64,000 nt of DNA, from positions 124,001 through 188,000 of the forward strand of contig JANHCV010000015.1 in the NCBI GenBank assembly GCA_025594325.1, given 5' to 3'. Shown one piece after another: positions 23,464 through 34,570 of the stretch. A program made the position numbers and the translations under genes. Positions within the stretch are counted from its first letter, which is position 1; every line of letters starts with the position of its first letter. The notes below the pieces were generated by a model. The model was not told where the DNA came from. It was given only the letters and a program-made list of their open reading frames with translations, and searched no databases. The stretch comes from Blastocladiella emersonii ATCC 22665. Lineage: Eukaryota > Fungi > Blastocladiomycota.

Positions 23464-23555
23464 GTGCTTGAACCGGAAGAGGCCCGCGCGGATCAGTGAT
23501 GGAGCGACTGATGCGCGACGCGTTGCGCCACACTCTTGTCGGTGCAGCGAGAACC
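23464..23555 (+). repeat. ~92-bp double-dyad element, copy 2, about 150 bp upstream of member C
   Basis: Aligns to 21757-21848. Confidence 0.75.
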
Positions 23556-23707
23556 TGACGCGCCGCTCGGTGCGCGGAAAGTTATTCCCACCTGACGCAT
23601 ATGATCGAGTGCGCATACTCTGTGCGGCGAGCCTTAGCCCGCGGACTTGGTGGCGCAAACGTGGACTTGGCTCGCTCTCCCACTTGTGCAAGCCAAGATA
23701 TTCTCAC

Positions 23708-24271
23708 ATGGAATCCACTCCTGTCGTGTCAACTCTCGTTGCAGCGCTCCCACAACGCTTCATTCGCATTCCTGCAGCGCAGCAGAATCTCGCTGCAGAG
23801 CCCAAGGCCCTTGCGTTCGTGAAGCTGGCCGACCTGCGTCAGCTGGCCACGGTGACACGAACGCTCCTCTTGGTCGCAACCGCGGGTGGCAAGGGTCTCG
23901 CAGCCTCGCCATCCATCACGAACGTCGACTCGAAGAACAGCTTCACGGCCATCGTCGACGTCCTGGAGGGCTCGCTTCCGGCCTTGCTCGAGGCGCCGCT
24001 CTTGCCACAAAGCTGCGCCATTCCAACAGAAAAGCCGTCGCCGCGTGACGCTGAAACGCGCGTGAAGCGCTCCTCACAGTCTCGAGGCAAGAAGACCGTC
24101 AACAAGACCAGCCCGCACTACCTCGAGGCGCAGGCCAAGTACGAGAAGATGCAACGGAATCTTCGAATCATCCAGGAGCGCATGCGTCACAACGAAGAAG
24201 TGTACGAAAAAGTGGGCGAACTGCGATCGCAGCTCCCCAGATTACGCCTCGCTCATGCAGGCCCATTTTGA
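23708..24271 (+). CDS. Orphan family member C (187 aa; shared domain plus coiled coil)
   Basis: LAFVKLADLRQLA..FTAIVDVLEGSLPALL; tail AQAKYEKMQRNLRIIQERMRHNEEVYEKVGEL. Confidence 0.65.
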   Translation: MESTPVVSTLVAALPQRFIRIPAAQQNLAAEPKALAFVKLADLRQLATVTRTLLLVATAGGKGLAASPSITNVDSKNSFTAIVDVLEGSLPALLEAPLLPQSCAIPTEKPSPRDAETRVKRSSQSRGKKTVNKTSPHYLEAQAKYEKMQRNLRIIQERMRHNEEVYEKVGELRSQLPRLRLAHAGPF

Positions 24272-24589
24272 TGCGACGTCAAGACCGCTTTTGCTTGTTG
24301 AATAGACCGCGAGTAGATCTAGCTTGTAGTGAGTTGCGCGGCAGTTTCAGGTGAGGAACGCGTAAAAAACCTTCGGGAGAGTTGCCCGACGCGTCGGAAA
24401 ATAGTGTCTCGCGCGGGAGACAGTTTGAAACGCGACGCGACGCGACGCGACGCGACAAGCGCCCTCCCGCCTGCCGTGATCGTTCCCACACTTGCCTTCT
24501 CCGAGTCGCTCGTCTTCAGGAGTCTTCGCTCTCGCACACGCTCCGCAAACTCATCTCGCACACGCTCCGCAAACTCATCCCATGCAGTC

Positions 24590-25956
24590 ATGTCGGCGCA
24601 CGGAGCCCCGCCGGCCTACCACGCTCACAACGTCGCGTCGTCACCCGCGCGCCACGGCCACAGCACAGGCGGGCGACTGGGCCGATCGCGGCGGGCGACG
24701 CACGACGACGACGGGACCGGGCAGCGGTCGCCGTCGCTGCGCAAGGCGACGTCGCCGTTCGTCGACTCGCTCGAGCCGCTGACGGACCTGATCCACGACG
24801 ACCTGGCCGACGACGACGCGGCCGCGTTCAAGGTCCCGCTGCTCTCGGACGCTGCGGCATCAGCGCTCTGCCTGCGCCGCTGCTGCCACGACGACGACCC
24901 GCACCGCGACCACCCGACCGGCCCGCCGCACGCGACGACGCGGTCACTCCTCGGCGGCGACGCCGCGCTGCCGCTGTACACGTACGAGCAGCTGCCGCGG
25001 TGGCTGCAGTGCAACCCGTACATCCGCACGGGGTACCGGTCCGGGTACAGCTACGCGCAGGCGTGGCGCAGCGCGTTTGCGGTGCACTGCGAGACGGGCA
25101 ACATCTGGTCGCACGCGGTCGCCGTGCCGCTGTTCGCGTGGCTCGCGGCGCAGACGCAGGCGGGCGCGATGCTGCCGGCAGCGGCGCACTTCTGGGACCG
25201 CGCGGTGCTCGCCGGGTATTTCGCGTCGGCGGTGGTGTGCTTTGCGTTCAGCGCGCTGTTCCACACGCACTACGGGAACAGCCACCGGTGCTACGTGCGG
25301 TTCGGGTGTCTCGACTACACGGGTACGCACGCGCCTCGTACTTGCTGTTGTCGCGTCGCGACGTGAGCGGTTCGACTAAAGTAGCAACGTTCGCGCGTGT
25401 AGGCATCTCGGTCCTGATCTGCGGCGGCGCGACGGCGCTGACGTACACGGCGTACTACGACGACGCCGTGTGGCGGTCCGTGTACATGGCGGGGTCCATG
25501 TCGGTGGGCGCAGTCGGCGTGGTCGGGCCCACGTTCGCCGTGTGGCACACGACGCGGTTCCGCGGGTGGCGCACCGCCATCTACACGGCGTCGGGCCTGC
25601 TCGGTTGCGTGCCCATGGCGCAGTTCCTCGCGACGCACGGGCTGCCCGCGGACGGGCTCGGGTGGTGGGGCCGGCACGGGTGGGCGGTTGTCGTGCTCAA
25701 ACTCGTGTGCGGGATCGCGGTACGGGTCGGCGGGCGGAGCAGTGGAAGCGCGGACTGACCCTCAGCACGAGTGTAGTTCTACGTCGGCAAGTTCCCCGAG
25801 CGGTGGTTTCCCGGCCGGTGCGATATCGTGGGGCATTCTCACCAGTGGTGGCACGGGTTTGTATCGAGCGCAACGCTCGCGCACGGGCTGCTCGTCCTCG
25901 ACCTGCTCAGCTGGCGCATCAACAGCAGCAGCAGCAGCAGCGGCGCGCTGCCGTAG
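24590..25956 (+). CDS. PAQR (IZH/AdipoR/HlyIII) family 7-TM protein (exons 24590-25322, 25403-25719, 25777-25956; 409 aa)
   Basis: Motifs LPRWLQCNPYIRTGYR, HCETGNIWSH, SALFHT, DYTGIS, FYVGKFPERWFPG, GHSHQWWH. Two canonical introns. The promoter has (CGCGA)5 and a 24-bp direct repeat at 24531-24578. Confidence 0.93.
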
Positions 25957-26454
25957 ACCAAGGCCGCGGCCGCTGTCCAAGCACGCGACTCTCGGTCAAG
26001 CGAGGCCCTTGAGAGTGATACACTGCATATAGAGAGCTCGATCAATAGACGCCCCATCGACTCACGCATTGTGGATCAACGAAGCGTCGAAGGGTGGTCG
26101 CCGAGAGGAGTGGCGTGGCGTGAGGTCATCGAGTCACGCACCACACGACACGCCAAAAGTCGGCAGGCGGCGAACGCGCGCGGTCGCCCGTCTCGCTCTC
26201 CCAACGCTACTGTAAACGTCATCGACCTCACGGATCACTGCGCGAGCACCCGCACTCGCCCCCCGCTCGACGCATCGACCCACACTTACTGTCCACGCAG
26301 CGCGAGGCCCGAAGACGCCACATCCTGCGCGCGCCGGCCAGTAACACCACACGTCATCAAGCCAGGTATGACCGCCGCGTACTCGCCTCCCGGCTCCGCG
26401 CACTCACGTACGCGGCTCTAGGAAGGCAGCAGCAGCAGCAGCAGCAACACAACC

Positions 26455-28057
26455 ATGGCGGACTCGGACTCGGACTTCCAGATGGACGAGTCGGAGGACT
26501 TTGAGTACTCGGAGGACGAGGTGCGGCTTCGGGTCTCTCGTCTGTGCCCACGCGGCACCTACTCACCCTCACGCGACCCGCACACCAATGGTGTAGTACG
26601 CGCCCATGACGGACGAGGACGAGAACGACGTGATCGGCGACGTGGTGCCTGACCGCGAGGAGCTCAAGGCGTACGAGGTCGAGTACACGGTGCGGTCTCT
26701 GGCCGAGATCACGGCGTTCCAGGAGCGCGAGTCGACGCACGTGGCGGGCATCATCGCGATTGCGCCGCAGCACGCGGCGACGCTGCTGCGGCACTTCCAC
26801 TGGAACAAGGAGGCGCTCATCGAGCGGTACATGGAGGACCCCGACAAGGTGCTCGCGGACGCGTGCGTGATCCTCGACACGGCGCGCGCGCCCAAGCCCG
26901 TGACGGTGCCCGGGTTCGTGTGCGACGTGTGCTTTGACGACGACGAGGACCTCGAGACGCTGGCGCTGTCGTGCGGGCACCGGTTCTGCGTCGGGTGCTA
27001 CGGGCACTACCTGCGGCAGAAGATTGTCGACGAGGGCGAGTCGCGCCGGATATCGTGCATGGGCAAGTGCTCGCTGATCGTCGACTCGGCCACGGTCCAG
27101 ACCCTGGTCGACGCGCCCACGCGCGCCCGGTACGAGTCGCTGCTGATGCGCACGTACGTCGACGACAGCGAGTTTTTGCGGTGGTGCCCCGCGGCCGGGT
27201 GCGAGCGCGCCATCGAGTGCCGCGTGCCGCGCGCGCGGCTCGACCAGATTGTGCCGACGGTCAAGTGCACGTGCGGGACCGAGTTCTGCTTCGGGTGCGG
27301 GCTCGACGGACACCAGCCGTGCGTGTGCTCGCTCGTCAAGCTGTGGCAGAAGAAGTGCAAGGACGACTCGGAGACGGCCAACTGGATCGCCACCAACACC
27401 AAGGAGTGCCCCAAGTGCAACGCCACCATCGAGAAGAACGGCGGGTGCAACCACATGACGTGCAAGAAGTGCCGGTACGAGTGGTGCTGGGTGTGCTCGG
27501 GTCCCTGGGCCGAGCACGGGCAGGCGTACTATAACTGCGGGCGGTTCGACGAGAACACGTCGGCGGCGGCGCGCGACCAGCAGGCCAAGTCGCGGGCGTC
27601 GCTCGAGCGGTACCTGCACTACTACAACCGGTTCGCGAACCACGAGCAGTCGGCGCGGCTCGACGTCAAGCTGTACCACAAGACCGAGGAGCGCATGACG
27701 CAGATGCAGACCAACACGGCGCTGTCGTGGATCGAGGTGCAGTTCCTCAAGCGCGCGCTCGACGTGGTGTGCGCGTGCCGGTCGACGCTCAAGTGGACGT
27801 ACGCGCTCGCCTTCTACATGAACCGCAACAACATGACCGAGCTGTTCGAGGCCAACCAGCGCGACCTCGAGATGGCCGTCGAGGCGCTGTCGGGCATGCT
27901 CGAGTCCGAGGACCTCGTCGACCCCGACAAGATCGACACGGTGCGCCGCGCCATCATCGACAAGACCGTCTACGTGCAGTCGCGCCGCGAGGTGGTGCTC
28001 ACCGACACGGCCGCCGGCCTGCGCGAGGGCCGCTGGGCGTGGACGCCGCGGCCATGA
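26455..28057 (+). CDS. ARI1: Ariadne-family RBR E3 ubiquitin ligase (exons 26455-26520 and 26597-28057; 508 aa)
   Basis: Acidic N-terminus, RING1, IBR (WCPAAGC), RING2 (TKECPKCNATIEKNGGCNHMTC), Ariadne domain (SLERYLHYYNRFANHEQS). Probable 5'-UTR intron near 26368-26421. Confidence 0.95.
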
Positions 28058-28369
28058 GCGGCGGGGGCGGCGGCTCGGAGTCTGTCATGTCCTGTGTGAA
28101 TGTGAACGGATCTTCTTTGAATCGGCTTGGCCTCCCTTGGTGATCAGTTTTTGAGCGTTGCGAGACGCGACGCGTCGCCCCTATTGCGCCACTTGGCGCA
28201 CGTGGCCGCGGTCCATGGGTCGGCGCGTCGCGCGTCTCGCGGCAGCGGGCAAGCCGTGCGCTTCGTGGGCCCAGCCCGCCCTTGCCTCGCGCCCCATTCT
28301 CGCTCCCGCTCTCTTCTCCCCCGAGCAAACGAGCGATACACACTGCCTGCAACGCTACACGCACGCTCC

Positions 28370-29326
28370 ATGACATCAACCACCGCGACGTCGACGCCCT
28401 TTGCCGCGGCGCTCGCCGCCGTCATCCCGCACCACGCGGCCGACGCCAAGATGGCCGTGCCCTTCTTTGCCGCCGCGTCGACCACGCGGCGGTCCGGCAC
28501 CACCGCCGCCCACGCGCTCGCGCTGTCGCACGTCTCCGACACGGGCGCGTTCCTCATCGGGTGAGTGGTGCTGCTCTCCTGCGAGAATCGTTTGACGGGC
28601 CGAGGGCTCATTTTTCGGGATTGTAGCTACGCGTCGCGCAACTCGCCCATGCTGAACGATATCAAGTCCAACAACATCACCGAGCTCGTGATCCAGACCC
28701 CGCCGCCTTCCAGCGGCAAGTCGTCCACGGCGAAGCAGCAGCTGTGGCGAATCGAGGGCAAGTGCTACGTGGCGTGCTCGCCGCAGCTCCTGATGCGGTT
28801 CCCGCCGCCGCGCATCACGGCCGAGGACCCGCGCCTGTACTGGGAGCAGCAGCGGCTCAGCGTGTTCCTGCGGCTGTCGCCCGCGATGCGCGCCCTCAAC
28901 CTGCTGCCGCCGCCCGGCGACCGGCCCGCCGCCCACCCGGTCGCCGAGATCCCCGACTCGCCCGAACCCGTCGCCAGCCTCGCCGCCCGCCTCATCGGGA
29001 ACCTCTCGCTCACCGAGGGCGCGCTCACCGGCAGCTCCGCCGCGAGTCCACCCATGAGCCCGCAGATGATCCGGAGCAATGGGGCAACGGCGGCAGCAAC
29101 ACCACAAGCTACGGCGGCGGCAGCAGCGGCGGGCCAGGGCATGCGCATGTCCGCGTCCACGGAACTCGTCGACTTTGACCGCGCCCTCGACAACTTTGTC
29201 CTCGTCGTCGTCAAGATCGCCCGCGTCGACGTACTCTCCTTTGGCACCACCGTCGCCGACTTTGCCCGCACCGTGCACGCCGTGTCCAAGGAGGGGCTCT
29301 GGACCTCCGAGATCGTGAGCCCCTAG
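28370..29326 (+). CDS. PNPOx-like FMN-binding split-barrel protein, YGR017W/Alr4036-like and divergent (exons 28370-28560 and 28627-29326)
   Basis: LWRIEGKCYV, WEQQRLSVFLRLSPAMR..PPPG and NFVLVVVKIARVDVL..WTSEIVSP follow the family pattern as recalled. Intron gtgagt..tag. Confidence 0.65.
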
Positions 29327-30369
29327 CGAGCGCGCGGCTCTGCGCGACTCGTGGGTGCCTGCTACGGGCAATCAATACACACACACACACGTCTACGATC
29401 CCCGTGCTCGTCTCGCTTCGCCTTCATCGACGCATTGTGATACGCTCGGCGCGCGACGCGACGCGACGCGTCAGCCCCGACTCCGTGGCCACCGGCCACC
29501 GCCGCCCGTGGCCGCCGTGAAACGTGTCGCAGACCACCACGGCCGTGGCCGTGGCCACGCGTGCGCGCGACACACACAGCTGCTGTATGGTTCGCGCTAG
29601 CACGAGCGCCGCATCGCGATGCGCCAGATTCTATATCCCCCTTCCTGCTCCCTTCGCGCCTCGCGCGCGGGTTACCAGATGACACGAAACCTTGGCGCGC
29701 AGCGCACGCCGTTCTGCCCCCGCGTCTCATGGTCATGACCATCCCGCCCCGCGCGACCCGCGCGTTGCGCCGCAGACGCACGCTGTGCCCTCGCCAGCGG
29801 AATACGCGCGGGGAATTGCCGGTCCAGTGGGTTCTGGCGTTGTTCTCGGCACGCGGTCGGGCGTGGCTAAGCCACAGCGGGTTCATGACTTGGCCGCGAG
29901 CGGGTCGCGGCCCGTGGCCCGCGGACGCGCCGACTGGTGCGCCCATGAGTTCAACACGGCTAACTCCGAACCCGCGACCACGGGTGCGACGACACGGCGC
30001 GGCTGAAGGGTGACTCGCGCGGGCAAAGAAACGAAAGCCCCGAACAATGGCCCGCGGGCAACGTGCGCGAGAGCGTGCGCGGCGGTCGCGGTCGCGGCAG
30101 CGCGACGTGATCGCTGTGTTGATCTGCCCGGTCCTGGAGGGTTGTGCGAGAGTATATAAAGTCGGCGGCCGCCCCGCACCTCGCTGGCTCGGATCTCTAC
30201 CTCCCTCACCAGAGATCAACCAAGACCAAGAAGTCGCTCTGTGCCTGGCCACGACGACGACGACCAAGACCGTAGACGGTTCCGCTTTCCTCCCCCTACC
30301 TCTTCCTTACACACTAGACGTGTTGTACCTGCATCCTCCTGTTGATCAGGCTCCCCATCACCCTACACC

Positions 30370-31636
30370 ATGACTCGCTCTACCACCTCCTCCCTCCGCT
30401 CCATCATCCTGGCCCTGTGCCTCGTCGCGCTGGCGGCCACCACGGTCCACGCGGCGCCGGCGCGCGTGGGCAGCTGGGTCGTCGAGATCGCGCCGACCGA
30501 GGACTTTGAAGCGGCCGCGGCCCGGATCGCGGGCGTCTACGAGTCGCACGGCATGCACGACGTGGCCAAGCGCATCACCAAGGTCCAGGTCGGCAACGGG
30601 TACCGCGCCATCGCCCTGCCCAACGGCGGCGACCAGATGCGCCAGATCCTCGAGGCCGACGACCACGTCCGCCGTGTCGAGCCCGAGATCGAGTGGCAGC
30701 TCTTTGAGACGCAGCGCGACGCCGTCGAGGGACTCGACCGTATCGACGCCCGCCAGGGACTCGACCGCTCGTTCACCTACCCCGGCAGCGCCGGCGAGGG
30801 CGTCGACGTGATCGTGATTGATTCTGGGATCGACGTCAACCACCCAGAACTCGCGGGCCGCGCGATGATGACGGACCTCACGGGCGAGGGCAACTTTGAC
30901 GCCAACGTACGTTTGGTCATCTCTCAACTCGCTCATTCGCGAGCTGGCACTAACCCTTCACCCCCCTCCGCTCCTCGCTCAATAGGGACACGGCTCGCAC
31001 TGCGCCGGCACCATCGGCGGGCGCCAGGTCGGGATCGCCAAGAAGGCGACGCTGATCGGGCTCAAGGTGTTCGACCGGACGGGCCGCGGGTCGAACGTGG
31101 TGATTCTGCAGGCGCTGCAGCTCGTCTCGCAGAACCTGGGCGCTCGCCGCCGCCCGACCGTCGTGAACATGTCGCTCGGCGGTCCTCGCGCGGGATTCCA
31201 GGGCGACACCACGGTGCAGCGCGCGATCGCGTCGCTCTCGCAGCAGGGCGTCAACGTGGTCGTGGCCGCGGGCAACGAGTCGCAGGACGCGTGCAACGTG
31301 TCGCCGGCGTTTGTCCCCGAGGCCATCACCGTGGCGGCGTCGGACCCGCGCAACGACCAGCTCGCCTACTTCTCGAACGTCGGCCGCTGCGTCGACATCG
31401 TCGCGCCCGGCGTCAACACCCTCTCGATCGCCGCCAACTCGGGCAACCGCTACACGTACATGAGCGGCACGTCCATGGCCGCGCCCCATGTCGCGGGTGT
31501 CCTCGCCACCTACCGCGGCATGGGCATGAGCGCGCAGCAGGCCCAGCAGAAGATCCTGTCCGAAGCCACGCCCAACGTCGTCCGCGGCTACCTCCGCGGC
31601 ACGCCGAACCGCCACCTGTTCATGTCCGCCCGCTAA
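30370..31636 (+). CDS. Secreted subtilisin (S8) with I9-type prodomain (exons 30370-30906 and 30986-31636; 395 aa)
   Basis: Signal peptide; catalytic motifs VIDSG, NGHGSHCAG, SGTSMAAPHVAG; oxyanion AAGN; TATA gtatataaa near 30152. Confidence 0.95.
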
Positions 31637-33507
31637 GCGCGTGTGCGAGTGGTGAACGCGTCCGTGCGCGCGCGCAGAGCTGGATCTCGGCGCGCAGCGG
31701 GGGTGTGTTGGCCATGGAGTTGTCGAGGTTTGAGTTTTCCTGTTTGTTTCTAAGCTTAGTATACGCGTTTTATCCTTCAAATCACTGTTTCGTGTGTCTC
31801 TTTGAGAGGGTATTGTGCAAGTCGGCTCGGCGAAGTCGCGAAGCCTCGAGGGAAGAGACGCGTTTCGAAAACACGTGACAGCTGCGAGACGCGTTTCAAG
31901 CCCAGGGCGGCTGCGAGGCAGCTGGCCGACCTGCTGGCCGACCGGCCCTTGACGTGGATGGACGACCAGCTCGCGCTCCCCTTAAAGAACGGTCTCCTGG
32001 GATTGATGAAGGTTCTCGCGAAGGAGGCAATCGTCGCGCGGAAGAGGACCGTCTCGGCCTCCGATGTTGAGCGAGGTACGACCGCCAAGCGGATGGTCAT
32101 GGGTCAGTAGGCGAGGCTGTCGCTTGAAGTAAGCGAGAGGCTGCTCGGTCAACCTCGCACGGGACCGAACAGCCGCCGCGTCGTAACGCGTGCTGGTGAG
32201 TTGAAAAGCGGGGCGAAGTACGCAGTCCTGCGAAACCTGGTGCCTCGACGTTCAACACGCTGAATCCAGCGCGGCACCCACGCCCGCGCTCGCGTGGCCG
32301 ACGACCTGGCGACGCATTAGACTCTGCCGCGGCCGGCGGTCGGCGCTTCCTTTGTCGTCATCGAGTAGCTGCCTTGGCAGAGCGAGCCGCGACGTCGCTG
32401 ACGGCGACCCGGCGCCTCCCGCAAGAGTGGCGGGCAACGATCGCACGATGAAGCGAGCTGCGGGGAACCCCCGCGCAACGCGGCACGCGTGCCGAAGCCG
32501 GCGGTTTCAGCAGCGAGGGGAGCGTAAGGCGCTTGTCGATGCGACTCTTCGGCGGGAGCGGCGACTTGCGGGTTGCGCGACCGGATTCGCTCCCGAAGGT
32601 CGCGAGGGTTGAGATGGACGACAAGGAGTGCTCGTTGATAGAGAACGTGTTGCTTCGCAACGCGGCGGAGGAGGTGGAAGCCCAGGATGAAGCGTCGCCA
32701 CGGTTCATGGACCATAGCCGGGAGTCCCGCGGTGAGGATCGCGACGGCTCATTATCGAACTTTCTCGCGGTTAGATGCGTTTCGGAGAGAGCCGATCTGC
32801 TTGATTGACCTACGGGACGGAGCGATGCCGACCGACGGGCAGTTGGTTCCAAAGCACGCGGTCACGGTCAACCCGGCCGTCTGCAGCGTCCTCGAAAGTG
32901 CGATAGGAGGGAGACCGCCCGCGCGAGGTCTCTCGCGATCTGATTCTCGATGGAACTTGTGCTCAGGCGAGCTCGAGCAGGCGGACGGGCGGCGGCTCCC
33001 AAGGTGCGGCGCGACGCGAGCGAGCGAAGGGGGGACGCAGACCCCAAGGCAGCGTCGCCGAGACAGGACGCAAGCTCGCGCAGCTTCAGCGCCGGGCGCT
33101 TTCTGCTCAGCGCGCCGGCGATGGGAGCAAGCGCGAGGACTCCTCGAGGTCGTGAGCGGGTGCGTCAAGGGGGCGCGACCGGGCGATCCTGGCGTGATGC
33201 ATCAAGTTCATAGAAACCACGCCATTTATTTTCATCCGTGATCCTCGCTGGGTTGCAGCCTGAGCACAACGCCTACACGAAGCGGAAGGGGAGGAAAAGT
33301 GGGGTGGCAACGGGCCACGTGACGGCGGGTTGGGTTCCGAGGGCGGCGACAGGCGGGTGTTTTTTTCTCGTTGCTGGGGGACTCTGCCGGCGGGCGGGGC
33401 GGGGCGGGCCGCTCCCGCCTCCCTCCCTCGCCCCGCGCACGCACCCACACTCGATATCGCGCCGACCCGCACTCCGAGCTTGCACCCTCTCTCACCGTAT
33501 CGTCACC

Positions 33508-34147
33508 ATGGCTCACGTTAACGTCTGGAACTCCCACCCCAAGAAGTTCGGCAAGGGCTCCCGCGAGTGGTCCGTGTCCTCTGCGCAAGAGCACGCCCGC
33601 CCCGCTGCCGCTGCCGCTGCCGCTGCCGCTGTCCTCGCTGCATCCGCCCGTATCATCGTCGTCACCTCGCCATCTGCACCGCAGCACACGGCTCCAACTC
33701 GCCTCGATCGGGCCGCACCGCCTCGCGGATGCCCGCTTTCGGCACTCCCGCCACCTGCTTGAATTCCGGCCCGATCGCACTCTCGAGCACTGAATGCGGC
33801 CATCGACCATCCCTGCGCCGCTCCACGACCCGCAAAACGACGACGACGGCGACAATGTGACCTGCAGCGACTCGGCGGCGGATGGCATCAGCGGCAGGCG
33901 GCTGCTCATCCCCACCCTCTCGAACGAGCGATCCGCTAACACCCCGCTCTCCTCCCCGCCCACAGCCGCAACTGCACCCACCGCGCCGGTCTCATCCGCA
34001 AGTACGGCCTCAACCTGTGCCGTCAGTGCTTCCGCGAGAAGGCCAACGACATTGGCTTCAACAAGGTACGCGTTGACTCGCTCGCTCGAGGTTGCGGTGG
34101 CTCAGCTCGCTCACTCTCTCCGTTCTCCTCACGCTTAGGTCCGCTAA
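33508..34147 (+). CDS. RPS29: 40S ribosomal protein S29/uS14 (exons 33508-33569, 33966-34065, 34139-34147; 56 aa)
   Basis: Spliced product [56 protein letters not shown] with the Zn-finger cysteines. Confidence 0.96.
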
Positions 34148-34570
34148 GCGGTTGTCGCCCCTGCTCGAAAGCCATGGAGCGATGAGGCTGGCGCCGCGGA
34201 GGCGGGCGACCAGGGCACCCCACCCTGCCGGTCGCCGTCGCGCTGTCGTCTCTCGGTTCCATTTTGATTTGGTAATAAAACAAACCAGTTGATTTACCTC
34301 CCTCACAGCGTGTCGTTGAAGATCTTCGAGCGTGCGAGAGCGAACGTGAGAGCATAAAAACGCAGAGGTGAAGGGAAAATCAGATTTTGGCCGTGGGGTC
34401 AGGTGACGGTCGCGTGCTCGCGGTTTCGGGCGGCACGTCATCACGTCGGCGAACGCGTATGATCGTCGCGCGTTTTTCGCTGCCCGTTGAGAGGCTCGCC
34501 GAGGAAGAGCACGTCGTCACCCCCGTCGTCGCCACCCCGCACACACTGATTGCAACGCATCAACGCGACC

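Larger units (their letters stand above)
13659..25941. repeat. Left arm of a 12,283-bp inverted repeat (partner 48284-60566)
   Basis: Every ORF between about 14.4 and 25.8 kb has an identical opposite-strand counterpart with coordinate sum 74225. First mismatches were found at 13658/60567 and 25942/48283. Confidence 0.97.

Noticed and set aside
24531-24578. 24-bp direct repeat (two copies) before the PAQR ATG as a CRISPR-like or functional array
   Set aside because: Only two adjacent units with no spacer, in a eukaryotic context; a simple tandem duplication.
31780-33240. Lower-GC stretch with short protein-like ORFs (e.g. MDDQLALPLKNGLLGLMKVLAKE)
   Set aside because: Fragmentary and in several frames with no recognisable domain. 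It may be a decayed gene or TE, but I cannot support a call.
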